DNA of 53,538 nucleotides, from positions 1 to 53,538 of the IMG/VR virus record IMGVR_UViG_3300008952_000066, one strand, 5' to 3'. The position numbers were made by a program, and so were the translations under genes. Shown here piece after piece: positions 37,842-46,220 of this stretch; position 1 is the stretch's first letter; each line of letters begins with the position of its first letter. This DNA is from a virus. Lineage: Duplodnaviria > Caudoviricetes. The notes beneath the pieces were generated by a model. The model saw nothing but the letters and a program-made list of their open reading frames with translations. It did not search any database and was not told the DNA's origin.

Positions 37842-38603
37842 ATGCCAAAAACTAAAAAGCTCGTAGAGCTTCAAATAGATGAAACTTCAGGAGTAGATCA
37901 TCCTGCTCATCTTTATGAAGGTTGGTTGGTTCGCAAGGACTCAGCCGCTGTTTTAGACGAGGTGATATCCGCCATTGAACTGGAGGCACAAGACAATAAC
38001 ACCAACGAAGGAAAAACAATGAGTGAACTAGAAAGCACCATTGACACTTCGGCTGAAGAAGAAACCGAAACTGTTGAAACAGTTGCAGAAGAAGAAGTAG
38101 TAGCAGAACCTGAAATGGAACCTGTTGCCGCATCTGCATTTGTTGAAAAGAGTGACGGTTCAGACTCGGAATTGGTAGCTAAAGAACTGGCTGATCTTCG
38201 CAAACAGCTTGACGATGCAACGGCAGAAGCCGCTTCGCTTCGTGAAGAACGTGAGATGGAGAAAGCCACAGAGCGAGTCGCTCAATGGCGCATCCTTCCC
38301 GGTGTCGTTGTTGAAGATTTCGCACCTGTTCTACGCTCCCTCCGAGCCGCTAATTTAGAAGCAACGACAATAGTTGAGGACATTCTTGACAGTTGCGCTT
38401 CTGCATTAGCCGAGGCTGGCGTGTTAAAAGAATTGGGTTCCGATTTGGATGAAACATCAACTGATGCTTATGAACAAATTGAAGCCCTTGCTAAATCTGC
38501 TGTTGAAGCAGGTAGAGCAACTAACCTGCCAGAAGCAATCGGGCTTGTGGCTGTAGAGAACCCTGACCTTTATTCAAGGTACAGGACAGAACAGGGGGTA
38601 TAA
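37842..38603 (+). CDS. Capsid scaffold protein
   Basis: Acidic coiled coil before the decoration and capsid genes; N-terminal ETSGVDHPA. Confidence 0.7.
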   Translation: MPKTKKLVELQIDETSGVDHPAHLYEGWLVRKDSAAVLDEVISAIELEAQDNNTNEGKTMSELESTIDTSAEEETETVETVAEEEVVAEPEMEPVAASAFVEKSDGSDSELVAKELADLRKQLDDATAEAASLREEREMEKATERVAQWRILPGVVVEDFAPVLRSLRAANLEATTIVEDILDSCASALAEAGVLKELGSDLDETSTDAYEQIEALAKSAVEAGRATNLPEAIGLVAVENPDLYSRYRTEQGV

Positions 38604-38606
38604 GTT

Positions 38607-38996
38607 ATGGCTGCTTATGAAAGCCCACAACTCGCATTTGGCACCCTGACTGCGGCGGCTGATCTGTCGAGCAAGCAATATCACTTTGTCAAGTTAGCTT
38701 CGGCTACGACGGTGAATGTATGCTCTGCAATCACCGATTTACCTATTGGCATTTTGCAGAATGACCCCGAATCGGGTGAAGTTGCTGAAATAGCCATCTT
38801 TGGTATTTCCAAAGCAGTTGCTGACGGCACTATTGCCGCCGCTAGGTGGATCGGCACAAGCGCCGACTCGCAGGCGGCTGGGATAACTCCCGGTTCAGAC
38901 ACAACCGTCTATGTCATGGGACAAGCAATCGGAGCCGCTTCGGCTGGCGAAACATTCACAATGTTCCTTAATCCATCCAACTGTCGAGCACAATAA
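38607..38996 (+). CDS. Capsid decoration/cement protein (DUF2190-like)
   Basis: AAADLS.KQY.FVKL...GILQNDP..GE.A...G.SK..A. Confidence 0.75.
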   Translation: MAAYESPQLAFGTLTAAADLSSKQYHFVKLASATTVNVCSAITDLPIGILQNDPESGEVAEIAIFGISKAVADGTIAAARWIGTSADSQAAGITPGSDTTVYVMGQAIGAASAGETFTMFLNPSNCRAQ

Positions 38997-39009
38997 GGAG
39001 GATTGACAA

Positions 39010-39960
39010 ATGCCACAACCAACATCAAATAGCGTTCACGTAGATGCGATACTTACAAATATGTCTGTTGCTTATATGCAAGAGGCTTATGCGTTTGTTG
39101 CTAATCGTGCGTTTCCACAGGTTTCGGTAGCGAAACAGACTGATAAGTATTTCACATACTCTCAGGCTGATTTCTTCCGTGACCAAGTACAACGTAGAGC
39201 AGATGGTACAGAGTCCGCTGGAACTGGGTACTCACTCAGCACAGCGACTTATGCTTGCGAAGTTTTCGCTTTGCATAAGGACATTGGTGATCAAACGAGA
39301 GCCAACTCTGATGCACCTCTTAACCCTGATATGGATGCAACTCGTTTCTTGACTCAACAAATGTTGATTCGTCAAGAAGTAGAGTGGGCATCAGCCGCCT
39401 TCACAACAGGCGTATGGGGAACAGATGCTACTCCCGGCACCCTTTGGAGTGCCGCAAGCTCTACTCCTATAGCTGACGTTGAAACAGGTAAGAATGTAGT
39501 ATTGACAAACACAGGGTATGTACCAAATACCATGATTATGTCATACAAAGTATTCTCAGCACTTGTTGACAATGCAGACATAGTAGACAGAATCAAATAC
39601 ACGACACAGGACTCTGTGACTGAGGATCTCCTCGCTCGCTTGTTCAATGTTGATCGTGTTCTAGTCATGGCAGGCACATACAACACCGCCGCTGAAGGAG
39701 CAACCGCTTCTTACTCACAGATCGGTGATAGAGATGCTCTGCTTTGCTACGTTCCAGCCAATCCGGGCTTGATGGTTCCATCAGCAGGATACACAATGAC
39801 ATGGAATGGAGTAAGTCAGGGACTTGGTGCTTCAAATGCCATAAGTCGCTTCAGAATGGAAGAGCGCAAAGCTGACAGAATCGAAATTGAATCCGCTTGG
39901 GATACCAAGATCGTTTCTTCTGCTTTGGGATACTTCTTCTCTAATCCTGTAGCCGCTTAA
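39010..39960 (+). CDS. Major capsid protein
   Basis: HVD..LTN.SVAY.Q..F.A...FP.V.V.KQ.D.Y; position; strong RBS; followed by a terminator. Confidence 0.88.
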   Translation: MPQPTSNSVHVDAILTNMSVAYMQEAYAFVANRAFPQVSVAKQTDKYFTYSQADFFRDQVQRRADGTESAGTGYSLSTATYACEVFALHKDIGDQTRANSDAPLNPDMDATRFLTQQMLIRQEVEWASAAFTTGVWGTDATPGTLWSAASSTPIADVETGKNVVLTNTGYVPNTMIMSYKVFSALVDNADIVDRIKYTTQDSVTEDLLARLFNVDRVLVMAGTYNTAAEGATASYSQIGDRDALLCYVPANPGLMVPSAGYTMTWNGVSQGLGASNAISRFRMEERKADRIEIESAWDTKIVSSALGYFFSNPVAA

Positions 39961-39973
39961 TAAAGAAACACAC

Positions 39974-40022
39974 CGCATAAGCTGGAGTCGGTTGATATTC
40001 CGGCTCCAGCTTAAGCGTTTTT
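39974..40022 (+). terminator. Intrinsic terminator after the capsid gene
   Basis: TAAGCTGGAGTCGG..CCGGCTCCAGCTTA followed by GCGTTTTT. Confidence 0.75.
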
Positions 40023-40032
40023 AAGGAGAGAT

Positions 40033-40512
40033 ATGGCTTGGACTTATAGTGGAGATCCCGACTCTAGTGCTTTAGATGCTATTCGTTTCCTTTGTGGAGA
40101 CACAGACACTAACGATCAACTTCTCGCTAATGAAGAAATAAGTTGGATTAATAAAGAAATAACAGGTAGCTCCACAGCTACTACTGGTTTATATAGTGCC
40201 GCTTATCGTTCCTGTATAACTATTGCATCTAAATTCTCACGTTTAGCAGATCAATCTGTGGGTGATCTGAAAGTAAACATGAGTCAAAAAGCCAAAGCCT
40301 ATCAAAGTCAAGCCGCTTACCTTATGGAAATGGCAGGCAGAGAAGGGCTTACACCTACACCTTATGCAGGTGGTATAAAAGTTTCAGACAAAGACATCGA
40401 CTGGGATAATTCTAATCTTGTTAGACCGGGATTTTTCAAAGGGCAGTTTGATGATGACCGTTTCGGCAACACGGAAACTGATCTTAAACCTCTTTGGACT
40501 GGGGCAGATTAA
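40033..40512 (+). CDS. Head-tail adaptor
   Basis: MAWTYSGDP...D.IRFL.GDTD..D.LL..EEI. Confidence 0.75.
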   Translation: MAWTYSGDPDSSALDAIRFLCGDTDTNDQLLANEEISWINKEITGSSTATTGLYSAAYRSCITIASKFSRLADQSVGDLKVNMSQKAKAYQSQAAYLMEMAGREGLTPTPYAGGIKVSDKDIDWDNSNLVRPGFFKGQFDDDRFGNTETDLKPLWTGAD

Positions 40513-40865
40513 TGGCACAGCCTTCTGCACAGTTTATGACTGATCTGAAGGTCAACATGACTCCAGACACGATTGAATTTCGCACTTCTTCCACCATGAA
40601 TAACTATGGAGAACGCACTTTCTCAGGGAGTGCTGTATCCTATGACGCTTATATTCGTAGAGCTAATGAAGCTGAACGAGATATGGATGAAAAGAAAAAA
40701 ATTGCGTGGGTTATTTACGTTCCTGATTCTTCTTTGACGTTAAACGTAGAAGATCAAGTAACTTTAGGCGCACCAATAAGCGCTACAAGACCTTTGGTGA
40801 AAGTTGAAACTAGAAAAGATCCTTTAGGGCAAGTCGGAGTCGTTGCTTACGTTGGGAATAAATAA
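40512..40865 (+). CDS. Head-tail stopper/closure protein
   Basis: Position; NYGE...motif; TAATG coupling. Confidence 0.6.
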   Translation: MAQPSAQFMTDLKVNMTPDTIEFRTSSTMNNYGERTFSGSAVSYDAYIRRANEAERDMDEKKKIAWVIYVPDSSLTLNVEDQVTLGAPISATRPLVKVETRKDPLGQVGVVAYVGNK

Positions 40866-41299
40866 TGTCATCTTCTAATCTTAAACTTGAAGGCATGAAA
40901 GACATTAAAAGGATTCTTAAAACAGCTTCACCTAAAATTGTTACGGCAGTTAATCAAGAACTGCATAAAATCGCTAACGACATCAAAAGCGAATCTATGG
41001 CATTGGTGCCTTTCGATACAGGAGCTTTACGAGGATCAGCAACTCTTAAAATAGAAAGTGCTGGTGGAGGGACTTTATTAAAAAAATTTACTGTTGGCTA
41101 TGGAGGACCTGCGGCTCCTTATGCTTTGGAACAGCATGAGAATTTAAGATACTTTCACCCTTCTAAAGCTAAAGGTGGGGTAAGCGCAGGGATACCGGGA
41201 GAAACGAGAGCCGCTAAGTATCTTGAATGGCCTGCTAAAAGAAAACGTATGACTTTAGTTCCTAGATTAATTTCAGCTATTAAAAAGGAAATGAGATAA
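40865..41299 (+). CDS. HK97 gp10-like neck protein
   Basis: VPFDTGALRGS...APYA..QHE...AKYLE.P. Confidence 0.75.
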   Translation: MSSSNLKLEGMKDIKRILKTASPKIVTAVNQELHKIANDIKSESMALVPFDTGALRGSATLKIESAGGGTLLKKFTVGYGGPAAPYALEQHENLRYFHPSKAKGGVSAGIPGETRAAKYLEWPAKRKRMTLVPRLISAIKKEMR

Positions 41300-41703
41300 T
41301 GGCTTTGCTAGGTGATGTGGGAACGTTTTTAGCGGCGAATGTTACTGATACGACTTTGACTTTAGGAACCAACCTGTTTTTAGGGCGTATGCCTGACTCT
41401 CCTAACACTTGTGTTGCCTTATATGAAACAGGAGGGGAAGCTCCTACAGATGTTTTCGGAGCGAACAGCGCACCGCCTATTGAAAATGCTGGTTTGATGT
41501 GTCACACAAGAGCTTCTAGTTATTCTGATTGTCAATCTTTAGCGGTTGACATTATGAAAACTTTAAGCAAAGTAATCAACGAAACTTTAACCAGTACTAC
41601 TTACTATAAGATAGAAGCCGAACAGTCGCCTTTCGGTTTGGAAAGAGATGAACAAGAACGAATGGTTTTCTCATGCAACTTTACGGCGGTTAAGGCTCTG
41701 TGA
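41299..41703 (+). CDS. Tail terminator / minor capsid-like protein
   Basis: LFLGRMPDSP..CVALYETGG...QSPF.L.RDE..R..FSCNF. Confidence 0.75.
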   Translation: MALLGDVGTFLAANVTDTTLTLGTNLFLGRMPDSPNTCVALYETGGEAPTDVFGANSAPPIENAGLMCHTRASSYSDCQSLAVDIMKTLSKVINETLTSTTYYKIEAEQSPFGLERDEQERMVFSCNFTAVKAL

Positions 41704-41704
41704 A

Positions 41705-41866
41705 ATGGATGACGCTTACGGAGAAGATAGAGCCGTAGTAGTACGGCAAACTCTTTTCCATGTGAGGTGTACTAGCTGTCAGAAACTTTTAGCTGAGATG
41801 GTTTCAACTCCTTACAAACTTAAATGCCCTCGTTGTAAAGTAGTTAATTCTGTAGAACAGAAATAA
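41705..41866 (+). CDS. Mu Com-like zinc-ribbon translational regulator
   Basis: VRCTSCQKLLAE.....LKCPRCKVVN. Confidence 0.75.
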   Translation: MDDAYGEDRAVVVRQTLFHVRCTSCQKLLAEMVSTPYKLKCPRCKVVNSVEQK

Positions 41867-41989
41867 GCATCCCTATACAAATTACATCTGACATATCAAC
41901 GCTCCTATCATCACTCCTAGTAGTGCTACGAAAGCACTAATAGTTCCAACTAGAATGAATAGAACCATCGCTTCTTTTTGTTCACTCAT

Positions 41990-42148
41990 TTACTCACCTA
42001 TTTGAGCTTTTTCTTTTATTAGATTCCCACGTATTTGTTCCAACAAATGGATATGCGCTGAGTAAGCACCATTTTCAGCATGGTTAACATCTACCAATAC
42101 TTCAAGGAGCAATTCCTCTAAAAGCTCAATCTGTTTTTCAAGCCTCAT
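41990..42148 (-). CDS. Hypothetical protein (island 2)
   Basis: Packed leftward ORF. Confidence 0.5.
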   Translation of the reverse strand: MRLEKQIELLEELLLEVLVDVNHAENGAYSAHIHLLEQIRGNLIKEKAQIGE

Positions 42149-42281
42149 GAGAATCCACCACACAAGAATGTTTGAAGAAAGCATCTATTTCTTTTCCAAG
42201 CTCCCAAAACATTTGACAATCCCAACAAGTTAATGTTCCCCCTTCTGCTTCATCAAGTTCTGCTATCGGTCTAGGCATTTG

Positions 42282-42512
42282 TTATTCAACATCTTTTATT
42301 TCGTCTAGGAACTGGGCTATCATTTCCATTCCTTGATCGGCATGTTCAGCTATGAGTTTCTCTATATCTTCTTTACTAGGGGCTGGTGAGCTTAATGAGC
42401 CGTGACAAATGTTTGTTATGTCCTGCATTACTTGAGCCGCACTTTCTAAAAGATGACAAAGTACACCAAGCTTGACTACTACTTGTTCTTTTTGTTCTTC
42501 ATCTATTTCCAT
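42282..42512 (-). CDS. Hypothetical acidic protein (island 2)
   Basis: GGAGG RBS before MEIDEE. Confidence 0.55.
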   Translation of the reverse strand: MEIDEEQKEQVVVKLGVLCHLLESAAQVMQDITNICHGSLSSPAPSKEDIEKLIAEHADQGMEMIAQFLDEIKDVE

Positions 42513-42765
42513 CTTCTTCCTCCGTTTCTGATCCGAATGTTGCAGGGAACTCAAATACATCAGCGTTAACTACTAAAGGAATGTCAGGCATTTCTTCAAA
42601 CACCATTGGTTTCTCATCCATTCCAATAATCATTATTCCACTACCACCGATGTAAGGAGTTTCGACTGCTCCCATTGTTGTTAATACTGCTGGCAGTAGT
42701 TCTTCGTATTCGCCGTGACAGGCAACATCAAAGATGAGTCGCCTGTAAGTCATTTCGTTACTCAT
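42499..42765 (-). CDS. Hypothetical acidic protein (island 2)
   Basis: GGAGG RBS, overlapping neighbours. Confidence 0.55.
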   Translation of the reverse strand: MSNEMTYRRLIFDVACHGEYEELLPAVLTTMGAVETPYIGGSGIMIIGMDEKPMVFEEMPDIPLVVNADVFEFPATFGSETEEEDGNR

Positions 42766-43075
42766 CAGTTACCTCCTCAGGTGTTAGATAATCACCATTT
42801 AACATCAAATCATCTCCTTCTTCCCAGAAAAGTTCACTTTCTGACTCATAGTTATTCGAGTCGATACGGTAAATAGAACTTTCACAGGATGAAGTTGGAG
42901 AGTCCAGTTCTTCTTCAAGAACTTTATCTTCTGCCTTCACACGTTCTTTTATGTAGTCCAGCAGGTCTTTAGGTTCAACGGTGTTAGGTACAAGGTACTC
43001 AACATCTAAATCCCTGCTGTACGTGTAATGAGTATGCCCTTTCACTCTTACTGTGTAGTGTTGTTCAGATGTCAT
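42758..43075 (-). CDS. Hypothetical highly acidic protein (island 2)
   Basis: E/D-rich C-terminal half. Confidence 0.55.
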   Translation of the reverse strand: MTSEQHYTVRVKGHTHYTYSRDLDVEYLVPNTVEPKDLLDYIKERVKAEDKVLEEELDSPTSSCESSIYRIDSNNYESESELFWEEGDDLMLNGDYLTPEEVTDE

Positions 43076-43388
43076 AGTCCTGCTCCCCTACAACGATTTT
43101 GCCTGTTGTGCGGACTGCACACGAAGGTTCTCCACCTAGTTCCTCACAGGTCGTAGGCATTTCATCCTTGTGCCAATGGTATTGACGTTCCCACGCCCCA
43201 CACCCTTGTATGTCGTCTAGCCAACCGCCCTTGCCGTCAGGTATGTCTTCCGAGCATTCAAATGTTTTTTCATTCTCAGGCAGATAGTCCAAGACTTCAT
43301 TCTCAGGCACTTGTTGTCCAAACTGATTTTCAAAGATTTCGTGTGTGAACTCTTTAGTCGAATGGTTGTAAGTCAATACTTTACCCAT
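43065..43388 (-). CDS. Hypothetical Cys-containing protein (island 2)
   Basis: Packed leftward ORF. Confidence 0.55.
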   Translation of the reverse strand: MGKVLTYNHSTKEFTHEIFENQFGQQVPENEVLDYLPENEKTFECSEDIPDGKGGWLDDIQGCGAWERQYHWHKDEMPTTCEELGGEPSCAVRTTGKIVVGEQDYDI

Positions 43389-43569
43389 TAGCCACCAACC
43401 CTTCTTCGCCTGCTTCGTGACACCAGCCGTTATACAACGAGCCGTCTATATCGCAAAGTTCGCATATCATTATGTCCTTATGCTCCTCATGGTCGCATCC
43501 TGAGAAACCAACAGAGTTATTCTTGTCTCCGCACATTTCACAGAATTTGCCGTCTATTACTTCAGGCAT
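43381..43569 (-). CDS. Small zinc-finger-like protein (island 2)
   Basis: MPEVIDGKFCEMC...CDH...CELC...CH. Confidence 0.5.
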   Translation of the reverse strand: MPEVIDGKFCEMCGDKNNSVGFSGCDHEEHKDIMICELCDIDGSLYNGWCHEAGEEGLVANG

Positions 43570-43753
43570 TAGCCTTCGCCTTACTATTTTTTTCAACTCT
43601 TTCAATGCACACATCATCATGTCCATAATCAATTAACTTGTCATATTGATACAAAGCTCTGCCTAAATCCACACTTTTAATATCAGGCACCCCACCTGCC
43701 CATACTGTGTAAACTTCTTCGTCTACTTCAATAATGTCAGTCATTATCGCCAT
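43562..43753 (-). CDS. Hypothetical protein (island 2)
   Basis: YTVWAGGV...GHDDVCIE. Confidence 0.5.
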   Translation of the reverse strand: MAIMTDIIEVDEEVYTVWAGGVPDIKSVDLGRALYQYDKLIDYGHDDVCIERVEKNSKAKANA

Positions 43754-44085
43754 CCTTCATCGTCTAGCGGTGGTCTGCCTAAAGTGTCCCTGATAGCGTC
43801 AGCTACCATTTTCAACATTGCGAGATCACCTGCGTTGGACATATCGAAGCCAGCACCAAACTTTTCAGCTACATATCTTGTAGTCAAGACTCCTTCTTTA
43901 GCCATAACATAAGTTCGACCTATCTGCGACAGGGGAAGCCAAACAGTAACCACTACATAAGCATTAGGATCTCCCCCACCCATGAAACCTTCATAGGGAA
44001 GTTCTGAAACGAGGACTGTGTATCGCCAACCGTCATCAGGTTCATAATTGTTCACATGAGGCATTTGTCCGTTTAATTGGCTCAT
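43744..44085 (-). CDS. Hypothetical protein (island 2)
   Basis: ATGA-coupled ORF. Confidence 0.55.
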   Translation of the reverse strand: MSQLNGQMPHVNNYEPDDGWRYTVLVSELPYEGFMGGGDPNAYVVVTVWLPLSQIGRTYVMAKEGVLTTRYVAEKFGAGFDMSNAGDLAMLKMVADAIRDTLGRPPLDDEGWR

Positions 44086-44270
44086 TTCATCACATTACTT
44101 ATTGTTTCTAAACCTGAGTTTAAATGTTCCATTAATTTGGCTGATAATTCTTCGTCAGTTAAAGGTTTATGTGTTTTTTGCGCCAATCCGCAAACACATT
44201 CCAAAGAGCCTTCCTCGTCATAACAGATTTGTTTATGATTTTCTTTACCATAATAATTTTTGTATCCCAT
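44082..44270 (-). CDS. Hypothetical protein (island 2)
   Basis: AGGA RBS; CxC motif. Confidence 0.5.
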   Translation of the reverse strand: MGYKNYYGKENHKQICYDEEGSLECVCGLAQKTHKPLTDEELSAKLMEHLNSGLETISNVMK

Positions 44271-44391
44271 ATAAGTATCCTATTTCACTCTTGTGACAAA
44301 TCTGTATTTTCTTCTTCTGCCCACATTTTAACTCCACACCATTCGAGGATTAATCCTGTGAGTATGAAACCAAATAGAAATAATCCAAGTT

Positions 44392-44817
44392 CTAACATGA
44401 GTAGCCTTCCAAGTCACTATCAGAAGCTAACATCACACCAATTCTTTCGTTTATTTCTCCACTCCAACGGACTTTTAAACCGTGTTTACGTAAAACTGCT
44501 ACGGCTTCCCAAGCTCTAGCTCGATGCGCCAATCCACCCATTCCACCCATTTTTGAGTCATAGAAGACCGCTTCACCTGAATGCCACAAGAAAACTTCAC
44601 CAAGATTTTCTATATTCTTTTCATTTTGTTTGGTGAAAGCTAAACAAGGTTTATCGTCAGGGCTTACATGCATTGAACAAGTCTGACAACACTCATGGTT
44701 CATTCTTGTCCACCAGCCGTTACGAGTTAATTCGCTAAATGCTTTCCGTAATAATTTACGATTGTTACTTATTTCAGTATTTCGTAAATCATTTTGTGTA
44801 GGAGCCAATTTAGGCAT
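44392..44817 (-). CDS. DUF6891-like protein
   Basis: L..AF..L...G..TRMN..CCQTC...L..HGL.V.W.G....I.V. Confidence 0.55.
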   Translation of the reverse strand: MPKLAPTQNDLRNTEISNNRKLLRKAFSELTRNGWWTRMNHECCQTCSMHVSPDDKPCLAFTKQNEKNIENLGEVFLWHSGEAVFYDSKMGGMGGLAHRARAWEAVAVLRKHGLKVRWSGEINERIGVMLASDSDLEGYSC

Positions 44818-45220
44818 TTGTTTCTCCTTTCATAAAATGAGTTACTGATTTAGTGAATACATCGTGTGCCATTTCCTTGACATATTCGTCATGTCCTGAG
44901 ATTCTGTATTCATCTGCGAAGAATCTTTTAACAACTTGCCATTCGCCTGAAGTTTTAGAAATCACGTAAGCACCATTGTCACCGTTGTCGTAGTCAAGTC
45001 TGCTGATTACATCAACGTAAAGGCTTTGATTGCCTCCGAACCAGTTGCCTAGCATTTGGATAAACCTTGCAGGTTCGCTGATATTTAAGTCGGTTGCCGC
45101 TTTGCAGAAACCTTCGATTGATTCTAAGCCACCGTTCCAATGAAGGTATATACCAACCTCTGATAGTTTCAAAGTAGTCACAGATGGATCTTGGAAACTT
45201 ATTACTGCTCTGTTACCCAT
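44810..45220 (-). CDS. Conserved hypothetical phage protein
   Basis: MGNRAVI...IYLHWNGG...DNG.Y. Confidence 0.6.
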   Translation of the reverse strand: MGNRAVISFQDPSVTTLKLSEVGIYLHWNGGLESIEGFCKAATDLNISEPARFIQMLGNWFGGNQSLYVDVISRLDYDNGDNGAYVISKTSGEWQVVKRFFADEYRISGHDEYVKEMAHDVFTKSVTHFMKGETNA

Positions 45221-45459
45221 TACTTCACTTCCAAACTGCAAGTCTCATTTGGATGGATTCCTATTACCAACCCATCTTTTTGATCGGTTTTAAAATGTAG
45301 GAATCCACGAATGGATTGTCCGTTATCGGCTTTAATCCATTGGCTGATGTTGATTACTTCGTGAACTTCATTTCTATAAAAAGTATTATCTTCAATAAAG
45401 TCACCTAATTTGATTTCAGAAACAGGTATGTTTCCTTCACCAAGTTTGTATATTTTCAT
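45220..45459 (-). CDS. Hypothetical protein, first gene of island 2
   Basis: AAAGGAG RBS within cassette P5. Confidence 0.6.
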   Translation of the reverse strand: MKIYKLGEGNIPVSEIKLGDFIEDNTFYRNEVHEVINISQWIKADNGQSIRGFLHFKTDQKDGLVIGIHPNETCSLEVK

Positions 45460-45540
45460 TGATGGTTCTCCTTTCGGTTTGTTTTTATATTTCCCATCAC
45501 AGACCACTATAACGAATATATAACCCCGTGTATACATCAG
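45456..45540 (-). promoter_or_regulatory. Conserved promoter/5'-end cassette, copy P5 (with a 13-aa uORF)
   Basis: ATGTATACACGGGGTTATAT..CGTTATAGT-8nt-ATGGGAAATATAAAAA..AACCGAAAGGAG on the minus strand. Confidence 0.85.
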
Positions 45541-45565
45541 AAGGGATATTTTTTAGATTATTTCA

Positions 45566-45740
45566 TAGTCAATTTCAACTCACTTTGACTCCTGCAAGTT
45601 GTACAGATCTAACCAACTTTTTAAGTAGTCAATTTCAACTCACTTTGACTCCTGCGAGTTGTACAGATCTAACGAACTTTTTAAGTAGTCAATTTCAACT
45701 CACTTCGACTATTTTAAGTTGTACAGTTCTAACCATTTTT
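45566..45740. repeat. ~3 tandem copies of a 60-bp unit with two internal palindromes
   Basis: tagtcaatttcaactcactttgactcctgcaagttgtacagatctaaccaactttttaag at 45566, 45626 and 45686 (third copy degenerate). Confidence 0.9.
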
Positions 45741-45867
45741 GCAACAGTTCTAAAGCGTTAATAAGTTACTGATGAATAACTCATCATAAGAAAAATAAAG
45801 ATCCTTTAGAACTGTCCAGTCAGGTACGAGACATAAACAAATACAGGTGCTACCATGTAATTACCAA

Positions 45868-45890
45868 AGTGACCTATGTGTCCTGTGTCC
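45868..45890 (+). promoter_or_regulatory. AGTGACC-N3-GTGTCC site 2 (with an extra GTGTCC)
   Basis: AGTGACCTATGTGTCCTGTGTCC downstream of the TGCTACCAT extended -10-like box. Confidence 0.55.
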
Positions 45891-45941
45891 AGCGTGAACG
45901 GTGACAACGGTTTTCGCTGTGCCATAAAAGAAGGGTGAGTG

Positions 45942-46220
45942 ATGCCGAAATATATTGTCACTGGAGGCGAGACTGGAACTTCAGGAATTAATTACAACGG
46001 CGAACGCTATGAAGCTGGTGAAGTTGTAGAGGTCGCAAAGCCTAAAGGCTTGTGGCTTATTGATGAAGGCTACTTGGCTTTAGAATCTGATGTAGTTAAA
46101 GAACGTGCAAGGAATGATAAAGGACATTTCATACCTGACGATCCTTCGACTCCTGATGTTAATGAAGCATTTGTTCAAGAAGAAGAACCACCTGCTAAGA
46201 AAACAGGAGGTAAGAAGTAA
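45942..46220 (+). CDS. Small hypothetical protein preceding the tail tube genes
   Basis: RYEAGEVV...WLIDEGYL; RARNDKGHFIPDDPSTPDVNEA. Confidence 0.65.
   Translation: MPKYIVTGGETGTSGINYNGERYEAGEVVEVAKPKGLWLIDEGYLALESDVVKERARNDKGHFIPDDPSTPDVNEAFVQEEEPPAKKTGGKK

Noticed and set aside
45566-45740. Possible CRISPR mini-array or the 77-aa repeat ORF at 45528-45761
   Set aside because: Units repeat in full with no unique spacers and no cas genes are present. The ORF has no RBS and runs through a promoter; the minus-strand frame I checked is interrupted by a stop.
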